Shown piece by piece: positions 10,950-21,137 of a stretch of DNA of 48,483 nucleotides. Below the pieces are notes generated by a model. It saw only the letters and a program-made list of their open reading frames with translations. It had not been told where the DNA came from and did not search any database. The DNA comes from Chthoniobacterales bacterium (GTDB taxonomy: Bacteria; Verrucomicrobiota; Verrucomicrobiia; Chthoniobacterales; Chthoniobacteraceae). The first letter of the stretch is position 1, and every line of letters starts with the position of its first letter. Location of the stretch: the NCBI GenBank assembly GCA_041743065.1, contig JBGTNO010000018.1, positions 1 through 48,483 on the forward strand. The letters are read 5' to 3'. The position numbers were made by a program, and so were the translations under genes.

Positions 10950-13208
10950 ATGATGAACGTGCCTCGGGAGCTTTTAATTGTGTGTGCCTGCGCTGCTCTG
11001 TGCAGTGTCAGCGTAGCAGGGGCTGAGTCAGAGTCCGATCTTAGGGAGTGGGTACGGAAGGCCGTGGCTGACCCTCGCGTGTTCGTAATGAATCCGCCCG
11101 CGGAACTCGGCGCATACGCCGGGCTTTCGCCGGAACAGTTGCAGCAACGGATGACAGGTATTTTCCGTGATGGGAGCGTCCTGATGCTCTACCCGAACGG
11201 GCTTCCGTTTCAGTTCGAGTCCCGTTCCGACCATAAGGCCGATGGTCCGCGGAAAGTCTGGCATCCAAGCGGACAAATTGCGGTGGATGAAACCTGGAAT
11301 TCGGAAAAACTGGTGACGGGAAAATACTTCGACGCGGATGGGAAACTGCTCGCCGAAGTTCAGAACGGAAGCGGCACGAGGATCGACTTCTCTCCGGAGA
11401 GCGTGGAGAGCGGGCTCGTCCTTCAAGGCAAGGCGGAATACGCACACGGAGTGAAACACGGACGCGAGATCCGATTTCGCGATCACGTTCGTGGCGAGAT
11501 CGACTCGGAAACATTTTTCGAGCAGGGGCAGAAGCACGGAACGGAAAAGCGATGGATGCCAAATGGCCAGTTGAACTTCCAGATCGTCTGGTCCGATGGG
11601 CAGAAAAACGGCGAAGAGCTTTACTGGCACTCCAATGGTCTTCTCCAGTCGCTGGCGCACCACGAGAATGGGAAGCAGGTTGGAGTCAGTTGCCGATTCT
11701 ACCAAAATGGGCAGAAGTCCGAGGAAATCTTTCGGGAGGGCGAACGCTGGCGCTCAGAGTCCAGGTGGTATCCGGAAGGTGCCTGGATGCTTTACAAGGA
11801 GTTTGCTGCCGACTCCGGAAGGACGGCTCGCGCGTGGAGTTTCGATCGTGACGGGAAGGGAAATGGCCGGATAGAGAACGGCGCGGGCAGTCTCGTCGTG
11901 CTCGCGGAACCGATGGATGATTTTCGCCCCGCGGAGGAGTATCGGCTGGAGACTTACGAAGAGGGCCGGACGAAGCAGGGAGCGGCATTCCCAACTTTGA
12001 AGTGGACTTCGATGGCAGGTAAGGGTTCCGCGCGAAAAGTTGAATTCACGACGGCCGTGGCGGGTCCGCCATGGAAGAGCGTAACGGCCGAGATCCAACT
12101 GCCGGAGGGATTCCACTCGGATGGCCCCCTGAGATTCGAGTCGGAGGATCTTTCGACCGACCGTCCGAAATTCGGGCCGGTGGACATTACCTTTCCCGGC
12201 GGCGATTCGTGGACCGGCGTCCTTTACGCGATCACCACGGCAGCAACGGATGGAGGATCCTATCACATTAAACAGATCCTCCTGGAGAGCCGTCCAAAAC
12301 GAGAACGTTCGGAGCCGAAGTCCACGCCGAAGTCTAAACCCGAACCGCGTGAGTCCCGCTCATGGAATCGCGACAAGCGCTCGATCGAAGTGGGCGGACA
12401 GGAGCTGCGGCGCCGCGACGCCATAACCGGTTGGCACTTGAGCAAACAGGAATGGCTACTCTTTCGCGCCCCGCCTCTCCTCGTGCATCAACGCGGTCCG
12501 GAAGAGCCGTGGCGTGTCGTTCGCGAGATACCGTTTGGGCCCGCAGGAATGGCGATTCTCCCAGACAAATCGTTGATTTTGTGGGGCACCGAGCCGACGG
12601 GAACACCCGAAGACGGAATCCCCTACCATGTCGAGCGATCCGTGGACAGCGGGGGCACCTGGAAACCGTTCGATATTCCGAAGATGGACTATCTACTAGG
12701 CATCGCCTGCCCAAACCGCGTTCTGGTCGTCACTGGTGTGCGCTTGCCCAAAGACGGTGTGCCGGAGGGGAAGGACTGGTTCCAGCTCCCACGCTCGTTT
12801 TTCATATCGAGCGACGACGGAAAGCATTTCGTCGAGCAGGTGGGTCCCAGCTTCGTGGCGATCGGGACGATCGAATCGCGCTCGATCGCACCCGACGGCC
12901 GCCGGCGCGCCTACATCGAGGTCGCGAGCTGGCTCGATACGTCCTACGCCGTTTATGTGGCGGACGGACCGGACGAGATCCCCCGCGTCGTGCAGAGCAC
13001 CGGAGTTCAGCCCGCAGTAGTCTGGTCGGGGAACTCGCGAATCCTGGCGCTCCAAGCGAACGGGAGATATTTCGCCAGCTACGATTTTCAGACTGGCCAA
13101 TTCGAGGAGTTTACCCAAGGGTCCGCGTCCCCGACTTTGGGAAAGGAACGGGAGGCGGCGGACGCGGTGCATGAGAAGATTGCCGCGCTGCTCGAAACCA
13201 ACCGGTAG
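10950..13208 (+). CDS. secreted MORN-variant repeat protein with C-terminal BNR/beta-propeller-like region
   Basis: Signal peptide; repeated W.PNGQ/W.SNG...G motifs (YwqK/MORN_2-like); Asp-box SVDSGGTW. Confidence 0.6.
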   Translation: MMNVPRELLIVCACAALCSVSVAGAESESDLREWVRKAVADPRVFVMNPPAELGAYAGLSPEQLQQRMTGIFRDGSVLMLYPNGLPFQFESRSDHKADGPRKVWHPSGQIAVDETWNSEKLVTGKYFDADGKLLAEVQNGSGTRIDFSPESVESGLVLQGKAEYAHGVKHGREIRFRDHVRGEIDSETFFEQGQKHGTEKRWMPNGQLNFQIVWSDGQKNGEELYWHSNGLLQSLAHHENGKQVGVSCRFYQNGQKSEEIFREGERWRSESRWYPEGAWMLYKEFAADSGRTARAWSFDRDGKGNGRIENGAGSLVVLAEPMDDFRPAEEYRLETYEEGRTKQGAAFPTLKWTSMAGKGSARKVEFTTAVAGPPWKSVTAEIQLPEGFHSDGPLRFESEDLSTDRPKFGPVDITFPGGDSWTGVLYAITTAATDGGSYHIKQILLESRPKRERSEPKSTPKSKPEPRESRSWNRDKRSIEVGGQELRRRDAITGWHLSKQEWLLFRAPPLLVHQRGPEEPWRVVREIPFGPAGMAILPDKSLILWGTEPTGTPEDGIPYHVERSVDSGGTWKPFDIPKMDYLLGIACPNRVLVVTGVRLPKDGVPEGKDWFQLPRSFFISSDDGKHFVEQVGPSFVAIGTIESRSIAPDGRRRAYIEVASWLDTSYAVYVADGPDEIPRVVQSTGVQPAVVWSGNSRILALQANGRYFASYDFQTGQFEEFTQGSASPTLGKEREAADAVHEKIAALLETNR

Positions 13209-13216
13209 CACTTCCG

Positions 13217-13921
13217 ATGTTCACGGTCGTGCGCGGCGCGACGTGCCCCGCAATGTTGCCTTTCGCCATCTGGTGCGCGAGCTTTGCCGCGAGCATATAT
13301 ATGAGGTTCCATCCAATACTCCTTCTGCTGGCGATCACCGTATTGCCGCACACTCGCGCCGTGGGTCGCGAGTCGGTGAACGTGAACTACATGCTACGAG
13401 GCTACTGCTTCGCCGGAAGCCGTCCGGATAAGGACGCATTTGGTGGCTACGGTGGATCCGATAATCTACCCAGAAAACTCAGCGACCTGACTGTGGGAAG
13501 GGAAGGAAAGCTTTCCCTCATCGCGCTGCCGGACGAGGTTGTTCCCTTCGGCAAGTCCCACCAAGGATTTCGACTCATCCTTGTCAATCGCACCGATGGG
13601 GAAGCTCAGTTTGCGGCTTCTGACTCGCGACTTCCGATCGTCATGGAAGCGATGGATCGCGATGGGCGGTGGCGTCCGATCGAATACCTGCCCTCAAGCG
13701 GGTGTGGCAATAGCTATCATCGTGTATTTCTACCGCACAATCATTCCTGGGAGTTTATTGCGCCGAAATTTGAAGGTCGCTGGGATACGAAGTTGCGCTT
13801 CGTCCTCCAAGGGGAGAAGCCGATCTACTCGAATACATTCGAGGGGAGCATCAATCCCGGGCAGTTCACGGTAAAGCAGGGCTACGAGCCGACCGGTTTA
13901 ATGGACCCATACAACGACTAA
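13217..13921 (+). CDS. hypothetical exported protein
   Basis: N-terminal hydrophobic segment; no recognisable motif. Confidence 0.5.
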   Translation: MFTVVRGATCPAMLPFAIWCASFAASIYMRFHPILLLLAITVLPHTRAVGRESVNVNYMLRGYCFAGSRPDKDAFGGYGGSDNLPRKLSDLTVGREGKLSLIALPDEVVPFGKSHQGFRLILVNRTDGEAQFAASDSRLPIVMEAMDRDGRWRPIEYLPSSGCGNSYHRVFLPHNHSWEFIAPKFEGRWDTKLRFVLQGEKPIYSNTFEGSINPGQFTVKQGYEPTGLMDPYND

Positions 13922-13979
13922 GTATGGGCCACTGGCAGTCATGCTCCTGGCAGCGTCAACGCGTTTCAGGTAAATCGAA

Positions 13980-14651
13980 GTGAATCACGATTTCGATCAC
14001 GACGGATTTGCGATTGTCCCTGGCGTGATGGAGGCCGGATTGCGGCAGGAGGTGCTGGACACTCTCGGGCCCGCGGACGGCGCGGGTCGGCGTGGCCTCC
14101 TGAACCTTCCAGTTGTGGCCGGGTTCGCTCGTCTTAAGCGAGTCCTCGATCTCGTCCGTCCGCATGTGCGGGAAGAGCCTTTCCCGGTCCGCGCGATCTA
14201 CTTCGACAAGTCGCCTGGGAAAAACTGGCTGGTCTCGTGGCATCAGGATCTGACGCTGTCGGTTCGGGATCGCGCCGAGGTTCCGGGCTTTGGTCCGTGG
14301 AGCAATAAGGACGGCATTCCTCATGTTCAGCCACCAGTCGAGTTTCTCGAGCGAATGCTCACTGTCCGGCTTCATTTGGATGATGCCGGTGAGGAGAATG
14401 GCGCGCTGCGCGTCGTACCCGGTTCACACCGTCTTGGACGTCTTTCCGCCAAGCAGATAGAGGAGGTGCGGGCGCGAGAGCCGGATGTTCTTTGCGCCGC
14501 TTCTGCGGACGACGTGCTGCTCATGCGGCCGTTGCTTCTTCATGCGTCGAGTCGTTCGACAAGCTCCCGCCATCGCCGCGTTCTGCACATCGAGTATGCC
14601 GACTTCAACCTTCCGTCCGGTCTCATGTGGCATGAAGCCGTGCGGGGATAA
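13980..14651 (+). CDS. phytanoyl-CoA dioxygenase (PhyH) family Fe(II)/2OG oxygenase
   Basis: WHQDLT...VRLHLDD...LRVVPGSHRLG...LLHAS. GTG start. Confidence 0.75.
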   Translation: MNHDFDHDGFAIVPGVMEAGLRQEVLDTLGPADGAGRRGLLNLPVVAGFARLKRVLDLVRPHVREEPFPVRAIYFDKSPGKNWLVSWHQDLTLSVRDRAEVPGFGPWSNKDGIPHVQPPVEFLERMLTVRLHLDDAGEENGALRVVPGSHRLGRLSAKQIEEVRAREPDVLCAASADDVLLMRPLLLHASSRSTSSRHRRVLHIEYADFNLPSGLMWHEAVRG

Positions 14652-14727
14652 GCGCTCTTCTTCTGTCACGCCATGCTCTTTCCCGCGCTATTCATGTAAC
14701 GGGGCGGTCTAATTCTGAACCTGTGCC

Positions 14728-14982
14728 CTACGACTTCTCTTGCTCTTCATCGGCCCCGTCGTTGCCAATGGATTCAGTCGGGCACGAAAGACGCGCTTCC
14801 TCGGCTTTTGCAATCTCCTCCTCGGTCCTCGGTTGGCGGTGAACGTAAGTATATCCCTCGTCTTCAAATCGGACGAAGAATTCGGGCGCTTCGGAGCGGC
14901 AGAGATCACAATCGATGCACGTGTCATCGACGTAGTAGCGTCCGGGGACATTCTGTTCTGCAATGTTGTTTAGATCAGCCAT
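14728..14982 (-). CDS. ferredoxin (4Fe-4S type)
   Basis: YYVDDTCIDCDLCRSEAPEFF...LSCP cysteine pattern. Confidence 0.8.
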   Translation of the reverse strand: MADLNNIAEQNVPGRYYVDDTCIDCDLCRSEAPEFFVRFEDEGYTYVHRQPRTEEEIAKAEEARLSCPTESIGNDGADEEQEKS

Positions 14983-15020
14983 GCCATGAATCTAGTGGCT
15001 TGCCAAAAATGATGGAAATT

Positions 15021-15041
15021 CATTAGTCGTATATCTTAATG
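15021..15041. promoter_or_regulatory. candidate LysR-type binding site in divergent intergenic region
   Basis: Inverted repeat CATTA-N11-TAATG in the AT-rich spacer between the ferredoxin gene and the LysR gene. Confidence 0.35.
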
Positions 15042-15051
15042 TATTTTATGA

Positions 15052-15966
15052 ATGAATTATCTGGCGACTACTCCATTTGATATTTACGAGCTGCACCTCT
15101 TTCGGTTGGTCGCCCAGCATGAGAGTTTTACGAAAGCAGCGGAGGTGGCTGGCCTCACGCAAAGCGCCATCACCCGCCAGATTCAAGGCATGGAACAGAG
15201 CCTTGGTGTTCGATTGCTGGAACGCACCACCCGCAGCGTCCGGATGACTCCTGCCGGCGAGTTCCTGTTCAGCGAAGCCACCAGGTTGACTGGCGATGTG
15301 GAGCGCTCGCTACGGCAGTTCCGAGAGGATTTTGCGGGGGCTCGTCGGGAGGTTCGATTTGGCGTTTCACGGAGTATCGGCCTCGCCTATTTGCCCGGAT
15401 TCTTCCACGCCAACCTCCGGAATGAGCCTCAGGTGGCCTGTCGCGTGTCCTGTCAAAACAGCGTCGAAATTCTCGCGGCACTTGAAGCTGGTGACTTGGA
15501 TCTCGGTGTACTTTGCCCGCCAAAGCGGCTTCCGCGCACGCTGGGGATCACGCATACATTCGAAGATGCGTTCACGTTGATTGCTCCCGCCGAGGCGGCG
15601 AGGACGTATCGGTTCTCGTCGAAGTCGGGCAAGGGGCGAGAGGAATGGATTGCGGGGCAAAGTTGGCTGTTGCTCGACGAGTCTTCAAACACAGGGCAGA
15701 AGCTTCACCAATGGATGACCGCGAACGGATGGGCCGTCGCGCCTACGATGCAACTCGACAGCTTTGATTTGATCATCAATCTCGTCGCTCTCGGCATGGG
15801 CGTGAGTTTCGTGCCGATTCGAGCGTTGGCGCTGTACGGCAGGAAGAAGCAGATCCAAAGGCTCGAAACGAAAGGACGGTTTACTCGAGAACTCGTAGTC
15901 CTGATGCGTCGCCAGCGGAACATCCCGGAACATCTGGCGAGTTTCATTTCGAACGTCCTGTTCTAA
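15052..15966 (+). CDS. LysR-family transcriptional regulator
   Basis: N-terminal HTH LFRLVAQHESFTKAAEVAGLTQSAITRQIQGMEQSLGVRLLERTTR plus a substrate-binding domain. Confidence 0.85.
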   Translation: MNYLATTPFDIYELHLFRLVAQHESFTKAAEVAGLTQSAITRQIQGMEQSLGVRLLERTTRSVRMTPAGEFLFSEATRLTGDVERSLRQFREDFAGARREVRFGVSRSIGLAYLPGFFHANLRNEPQVACRVSCQNSVEILAALEAGDLDLGVLCPPKRLPRTLGITHTFEDAFTLIAPAEAARTYRFSSKSGKGREEWIAGQSWLLLDESSNTGQKLHQWMTANGWAVAPTMQLDSFDLIINLVALGMGVSFVPIRALALYGRKKQIQRLETKGRFTRELVVLMRRQRNIPEHLASFISNVLF

Positions 15967-16010
15967 ATCCAGCGCATCACTCGCGGAAAAAGTAGCCGCG
16001 TTCGACTCCG

Positions 16011-16224
16011 TCAAAAGCAGCCTGACTTCATGCAGCAATGCTTGAATTTGCGCATCGAACCACATGGGCACGGATCAATGCGGCCGAGTTTCTCGACCAG
16101 TTCTTTGTTGCCGCCGACGATACGCACGCCCTTCTTGACGCGCGTTTCCGATGGGAACCCTTTACGACGCTTGCTCGTGCGTTCGAAAAGAGGGGCCTTC
16201 CGCGTGGATGTCGATATTTGCCAT
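16011..16224 (-). CDS. small SEC-C motif protein, frameshifted (not in the ORF track)
   Basis: ATG at 16224 preceded by AAGGAGG ([11 protein letters not shown]...). The +1 frame continues ...[53 protein letters not shown]. The frames join at the C4/T4 run near 16173-16182. Confidence 0.55.
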
Positions 16225-16381
16225 ATTCGCCTCCTTGTTCGTCTGCCGAAGAAAAACTGGCGAGGATGCAGCAGTCAAGTCACGGCCCGTCGAGCCAGCG
16301 GTTCCGTTGTTCTTGAGGGAGCAGGGATCGTTCTGTGCGAAATATATCGGATGGAAAAAGCAAGGGGGGCTTCCGTAATTT

Positions 16382-17839
16382 CTACCAGACGGTGATCTGC
16401 CATTTTCGAGTGTCCTCATCCTCGCTGACCGCAATGACGATCCTTCCATGCGCAGTGAGGATTACATGACGAGGGAAATGCAATGTGGATCCTTCCCCCC
16501 GTGGTTGTGGGCGTTTCCCTGTTCCGGCTTCAACTGTATCGTTTTGCCAGAGCGTTCGCCATGGAGCGACCTTCTTGTGCCCCTCCATGTCTCGAAGAAT
16601 CAAGGCAATGCCGTTCCGCTTGGACGGGCCGGGCAGGACCGCGTTGATGCGCTCGTCGCGGCGCCCGAGCCAATCCTTGCTCTGAATTTTTCCGTTCACT
16701 CCCGAGATGGTTACACACAGCGGTCTTTCAAATCGGATTACCTCGCGCTCGGGAAACCACATGCCTTCCTCATAGTGCCAGCGCCACCAACGAGTGATGA
16801 CTTCCTCATCGGCGTGGCGTCCCCACAACTGGATCGTATTCGAACCTCCCAATGTCATCTCGGTCAATCCGCCGTTGTACATCCCTGCAAATGACTCCGA
16901 CGAGCGCCAGCGCTCTTTTCCGTCGGTCAGGTCAAAGGAAACCACCTCAATTTCCATCCGCCCTCGTGACACGGTGCTCCAGAACACCACGATCTGCCGA
17001 TTCTCCTCGTCCACGATCCATCGAAGGATTGGAAGACCACGTTCGTTTTCACGAAGGACGCGGCGCTCCCAGATCACACGACCATCGGTTGCCACAAAGC
17101 GTTGTATTAGCCACGGAAAACTCCGTTCTCCGCTTCGGGGTGCAGCGATCACTGCCGCATCGCCGCCCTCGAGCGGATGGATCGAAGCCCTTCGATCATT
17201 CGCATCCTCAGCCTCATTCACACTCACATTCCAGATGGATGAGCCATCAGAGGATGTGAGCAGGGCGATAAAACGTTGATACTGATCGCCAGAGATCTTG
17301 CGTATCCCGGAAATCCATATTCGGCCCTGTTTATCAGGGACCGGTTCGGCGACCAGTCCTGACTGATTGCCTCCCGACAATGTGGTCCAACGCCAAAGCG
17401 GGCGTCCGTCGCTCCCAGCAAGCTTTTCGATGACCGGGTGGCTGCCGCTTCCGACTGCCCAGTAGTCCCATCCGACGAACACATCCCCCGTCGTATCCAC
17501 TGCGAGCAGCGGCGACTTGCTCATGTTCGGAAGCGCCCTGTCATACCGCTCCTCCCAAAGTCGCTTACCATCCTCGGATCTTAAACTTACTATGCAGAGA
17601 TCGCGACCGGAACCATCCTTTCGATAATATCCGCCCGCGACGACGAACTCTGGCCCTCCCGGAGCACGGCCTGAGGCCAACGCCAGGACTGCACCATCCC
17701 CCTCCTGCTCATCGACCCAAATGAATTCGTGTGAGCCTCGCGTGCTGAGACGCCATAGACCTATCGACGCAATCAGTGCGATGGCCATGCAGACCAACAG
17801 GCTCCGATCACGCCTCTGAGCCACAAGCGATTTACTCAT
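16382..17839 (-). CDS. membrane-anchored PQQ-like beta-propeller repeat protein
   Basis: N-terminal TM helix; repeated G(K/R)xxW motifs (GKRLWEE, GRPLWRW, GSSIWNV, GRVIWER, GKERWRS). Confidence 0.6.
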   Translation of the reverse strand: MSKSLVAQRRDRSLLVCMAIALIASIGLWRLSTRGSHEFIWVDEQEGDGAVLALASGRAPGGPEFVVAGGYYRKDGSGRDLCIVSLRSEDGKRLWEERYDRALPNMSKSPLLAVDTTGDVFVGWDYWAVGSGSHPVIEKLAGSDGRPLWRWTTLSGGNQSGLVAEPVPDKQGRIWISGIRKISGDQYQRFIALLTSSDGSSIWNVSVNEAEDANDRRASIHPLEGGDAAVIAAPRSGERSFPWLIQRFVATDGRVIWERRVLRENERGLPILRWIVDEENRQIVVFWSTVSRGRMEIEVVSFDLTDGKERWRSSESFAGMYNGGLTEMTLGGSNTIQLWGRHADEEVITRWWRWHYEEGMWFPEREVIRFERPLCVTISGVNGKIQSKDWLGRRDERINAVLPGPSKRNGIALILRDMEGHKKVAPWRTLWQNDTVEAGTGKRPQPRGEGSTLHFPRHVILTAHGRIVIAVSEDEDTRKWQITVW

Positions 17840-18867
17840 CTGAAGGCCCCGCGAATGTAGGCGCGATCATCGTGTCCGTAATCTAGTTCGCCTGATTGCG
17901 TTCGCGTTGCACCGAAAAGACCGCATTGGAGTTCGATGACATTCTCCACAGCGCCGAAACCGTGCCATGCACGATAGACCTCGCGCACCTCATACGTCGG
18001 TCCCAACCCCTCATTGAATACCGCGTTCTCCAATATCCACCATCCTGTCTCGATGGTCTTACGCTCTCCCTTGGTTTCGGCTGCGACGCTTTTGAATGGA
18101 GTTGCGATCCGGTAGTAGAAGCCGGGCGGCGAGTTGTGCGTGAACTCATAGACCGGAAGCGCGACTTCCAATTCGTACGATGGAGTGATCTCGTCCGGGG
18201 CCGAGGCGAGGTATGCGCGACGCGGATTTCGGCCCCTATAAATCAAATGGAGCGGGCCGGTAACCCTGGCCCCTGCGTTTTCGGCGGCGCGCCGGATCTC
18301 AGCCGCGAAATGGTTGGCGAACTCGGACGCTGTCCGGTCGTTCACGAGGCGCGACACGCATAGGAGATGCATGGGGGGAACTTCGCGGAGGATCGTATCG
18401 TCGATGGCGCCGTGGCTTTCCAATAGCTCTCGAAGATCCGATGCGAGATTCATTCTGGCGAGGGGGTGACCGGCGGCGTTGGCATTAGCTCCGCGGTTCA
18501 GCAGCATTTCGGCTGTCGCGATATAGCCTCGCCCGATCGCGAGTGCGAGCGGACTGCGGATGTCGCTTTCACCAGTTTCAATGTCCGCTCCATGATCGAG
18601 TAGGTAGGCTGCAACCGCCGTATGCCCCTCGATCACGGCTGAATTGATGGCTGACATTCCGAAGGCATGGTCGCCCCGCTTTGGCCATGCGTCCGCTCGG
18701 GCTCCGCGATGTTCGACCAGTCGGCGAACTTCCGCCAAATCGCCTCGCTGAGCCGCGGCGCTTAGGTCCCACTGAACCTGTTCCGCCGCCGCAGTTCGCC
18801 ACCACAGAGCCCCGCCAGCCCCGAGCAGGCAGACACCGAGAACGATCAAGATCCTTCGGCTTCGCAT
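17836..18867 (-). CDS. ankyrin-repeat protein with C-terminal GyrI-like domain
   Basis: Start chosen at MRSRRILIVLG (TM helix). Ankyrin repeats (LLDHGADIE...LLNRGANANA). The upstream ORF extension overlaps the neighbouring gene. Confidence 0.6.
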   Translation of the reverse strand: MRSRRILIVLGVCLLGAGGALWWRTAAAEQVQWDLSAAAQRGDLAEVRRLVEHRGARADAWPKRGDHAFGMSAINSAVIEGHTAVAAYLLDHGADIETGESDIRSPLALAIGRGYIATAEMLLNRGANANAAGHPLARMNLASDLRELLESHGAIDDTILREVPPMHLLCVSRLVNDRTASEFANHFAAEIRRAAENAGARVTGPLHLIYRGRNPRRAYLASAPDEITPSYELEVALPVYEFTHNSPPGFYYRIATPFKSVAAETKGERKTIETGWWILENAVFNEGLGPTYEVREVYRAWHGFGAVENVIELQCGLFGATRTQSGELDYGHDDRAYIRGAFR

Positions 18868-18868
18868 T

Positions 18869-19639
18869 CTACGTCTCAACTTCCTGAGTATTTCCCGTTT
18901 TGCAGCAGGGCTCGCCCAGCGCGAAGTCCGGCACCGCGTGCCACTCGTGTGGAATGTTTCGCATGAGCAGCGCACAATCGAACTGAACGCTGCCTTTGGG
19001 AAACAGGGTCGCGTCGGCGAAGTAGCTCGAATGTATTTCCGTGAGATCCAGCGCTTCCACCTTCCATGCACGAGTGCGAAGCGAGATTCCGTCGAGTCGA
19101 TTCGAACCGCGCGTGACAGAATAGCCTAGCGAACCGCTCTCGAAGAATGCCGATGCTTCGGCCAGTGATCCGAAGCCTGAAGCAGAAGGCAGAACCGAGG
19201 CTGATCTGCCTTTGACTTTCACGGCCACCTTCCCGTCCCGCGATTTCATTTCGAGGTCTACCGAATCGTCGTCACCTTTAACGACGAAATCTGCGAGGTG
19301 ATGCTCTCCGGGGAAAAGACGCCCGCCCGCTAGATGGTTCAGCCAGGAGCCGGTGTCCCGCCTCGGGATGAAAACGCCTTCATGTTCGGCACCGTCGGAG
19401 TCGGTCCATCGTACCGCGATCCGATGCGCGGCGTTCTCGCTGCTGACGCCAAGAAAGGCTGGCGCGAGCTTCGGCCGAATCTGTTCGAGACGGATCAGGC
19501 AGATGCCGGCAATAGCTGACCCGGCATGAAGCTTCGGCTCGAATCCGGGCGGCAGGTGCCTCCTCATCACATCCGAATCAACCCGGAAATTCGCCAGGAT
19601 ACGTCGGTGGATGATGCCCTTGATGATCGGCAGTTTCAT
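18869..19639 (-). CDS. DUF2071-like protein
   Basis: Start chosen at MKLPIIKGIIHRRILANFRVD; family assignment is from memory only. Confidence 0.45.
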   Translation of the reverse strand: MKLPIIKGIIHRRILANFRVDSDVMRRHLPPGFEPKLHAGSAIAGICLIRLEQIRPKLAPAFLGVSSENAAHRIAVRWTDSDGAEHEGVFIPRRDTGSWLNHLAGGRLFPGEHHLADFVVKGDDDSVDLEMKSRDGKVAVKVKGRSASVLPSASGFGSLAEASAFFESGSLGYSVTRGSNRLDGISLRTRAWKVEALDLTEIHSSYFADATLFPKGSVQFDCALLMRNIPHEWHAVPDFALGEPCCKTGNTQEVET

Positions 19640-19736
19640 GGCTGGGAAGGAAATCCTGGCGTCGAGCGAGAGCCGTCTCTTCGTCCTCATCGAACTCGCC
19701 CGACAGCGATTTCTTTGTCTATGATGCCCCGCCAAA

Positions 19737-21137
19737 ATGCTTCTGACAATCGCCACCACACACCAACCGGCAACGGATCTCGGGCATCTGCTGCGAAAGA
19801 ATCCAGCGCGGATGCAGAGCTTCCAGCTCAGTTTCGGCCAGGCCCACGTATTCTATCCGGAGGCAACGGAAGGGAGTTGCAAGGCTGCGCTGCTTCTGGA
19901 AATTGATCCGGTTGGGCTTGTTCGGGGGCGTCACGGACCAGCGGGGGAAGGCCGCTCGCTCGAGCATTACGTAAATGACCGTCCGTATGTGGCTTCATCA
20001 TTTCTGAGCGTCGCGATCGCCGAAGTCTTCGGGAGTGCGTTGTCGGGTAGAAGCAAAGAGCGTCCTGAACTGGTCAACTCGCCACTGCCGCTCGCGGCTT
20101 CTATCGCGGCTTTGCCTTGCCGGGGTGGCGAAGCGTTCCTGCGCCGGCTGTTCGAGCCGCTCGGCTACCGGTTAAGCGTTACAGGGCATCCGTTGGATGA
20201 AAATTTTCCAGACTGGGGCGAGAGCCCGTATTTCACAGTGACGCTCGACGCGACCCTGCCGCTGCGCGTGCTGCTCTCGCACCTTTACGTGCTCATTCCG
20301 GTGCTGGATAACGACAAGCACTACTGGGTCGGCGATGATGAGGTGGACAAACTTCTGCGCCATGGCGAAGGCTGGCACGGCACGCATCCAGAGCGCGACT
20401 TGATCACTCGCCGCTATCTCAAGCACCGGCGAAGTCTGGTTGACGACGTTCTGAGCCGACTGACTGAAGAGGACAACCCCGATCCCGATAGTGCCGAACA
20501 GATTCATTCGCAGGAAGAGGCGCAGTTCGAGGAGAAGATCAGTCTGAATGAACAGCGGCTCGGCGCGGTGCTCGCGGAGTTGAAACGCAGCGGCGCCAAA
20601 CGGGTGCTCGACCTCGGCTGCGGCGAGGGTCGGCTCGTGCGTGCGTTGCTCAAGGAAAAGCAGTTCGAGGAAATCGTCGGAATGGATGTTTCGTACCGCG
20701 CCCTCGAAATCGGTCGCGAACGGCTTGATCGCCTTCCGCCGATGCAGCAGAATCGCATCCGGCTAATTCACGGCTCACTGATCTATAGGGACATACGACT
20801 TGCTGGCTATGATGCGGCCGCCGTCGTGGAAGTGATCGAGCATCTCGATCCGCCACGGCTCGCGGCGTTCGAGCGCGTGCTATTCGAATGCGCGAAACCC
20901 GCGACGGTCGTTCTCACGACCCCCAACGCGGAATACAACGTGAAGTGGGAATCGCTGCCAGCAGGGAAGTTCCGGCACAAGGATCACCGGTTCGAGTGGA
21001 CGCGCGAGCAGTTTCAAGTTTGGGCGAAAGGCGTGGCCGGACGCTTTGGCTACACTGCCAAGTTTTTACCTGTCGGACCGGAAGACGCCACCGTCGGCGC
21101 GCCGACTCAAATGTCTGTGTTCGTGCGATCAGACTAA
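19737..21137 (+). CDS. hen1: RNA 3'-terminal 2'-O-methyltransferase Hen1 (bacterial type)
   Basis: N-terminal MLLTIATTHQPATDLGHLLRKNP...FGQAHVFYPE; C-terminal SAM methyltransferase VLDLGCGEGRL...VVEVIEHLD. Confidence 0.85.
   Translation: MLLTIATTHQPATDLGHLLRKNPARMQSFQLSFGQAHVFYPEATEGSCKAALLLEIDPVGLVRGRHGPAGEGRSLEHYVNDRPYVASSFLSVAIAEVFGSALSGRSKERPELVNSPLPLAASIAALPCRGGEAFLRRLFEPLGYRLSVTGHPLDENFPDWGESPYFTVTLDATLPLRVLLSHLYVLIPVLDNDKHYWVGDDEVDKLLRHGEGWHGTHPERDLITRRYLKHRRSLVDDVLSRLTEEDNPDPDSAEQIHSQEEAQFEEKISLNEQRLGAVLAELKRSGAKRVLDLGCGEGRLVRALLKEKQFEEIVGMDVSYRALEIGRERLDRLPPMQQNRIRLIHGSLIYRDIRLAGYDAAAVVEVIEHLDPPRLAAFERVLFECAKPATVVLTTPNAEYNVKWESLPAGKFRHKDHRFEWTREQFQVWAKGVAGRFGYTAKFLPVGPEDATVGAPTQMSVFVRSD

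Noticed and set aside
20888-21136. Upstream extension of the HEAT-repeat ORF
   Set aside because: It overlaps the hen1 3' end in another frame. The ATG at 21137 overlaps the hen1 stop codon, which is the expected coupled start.
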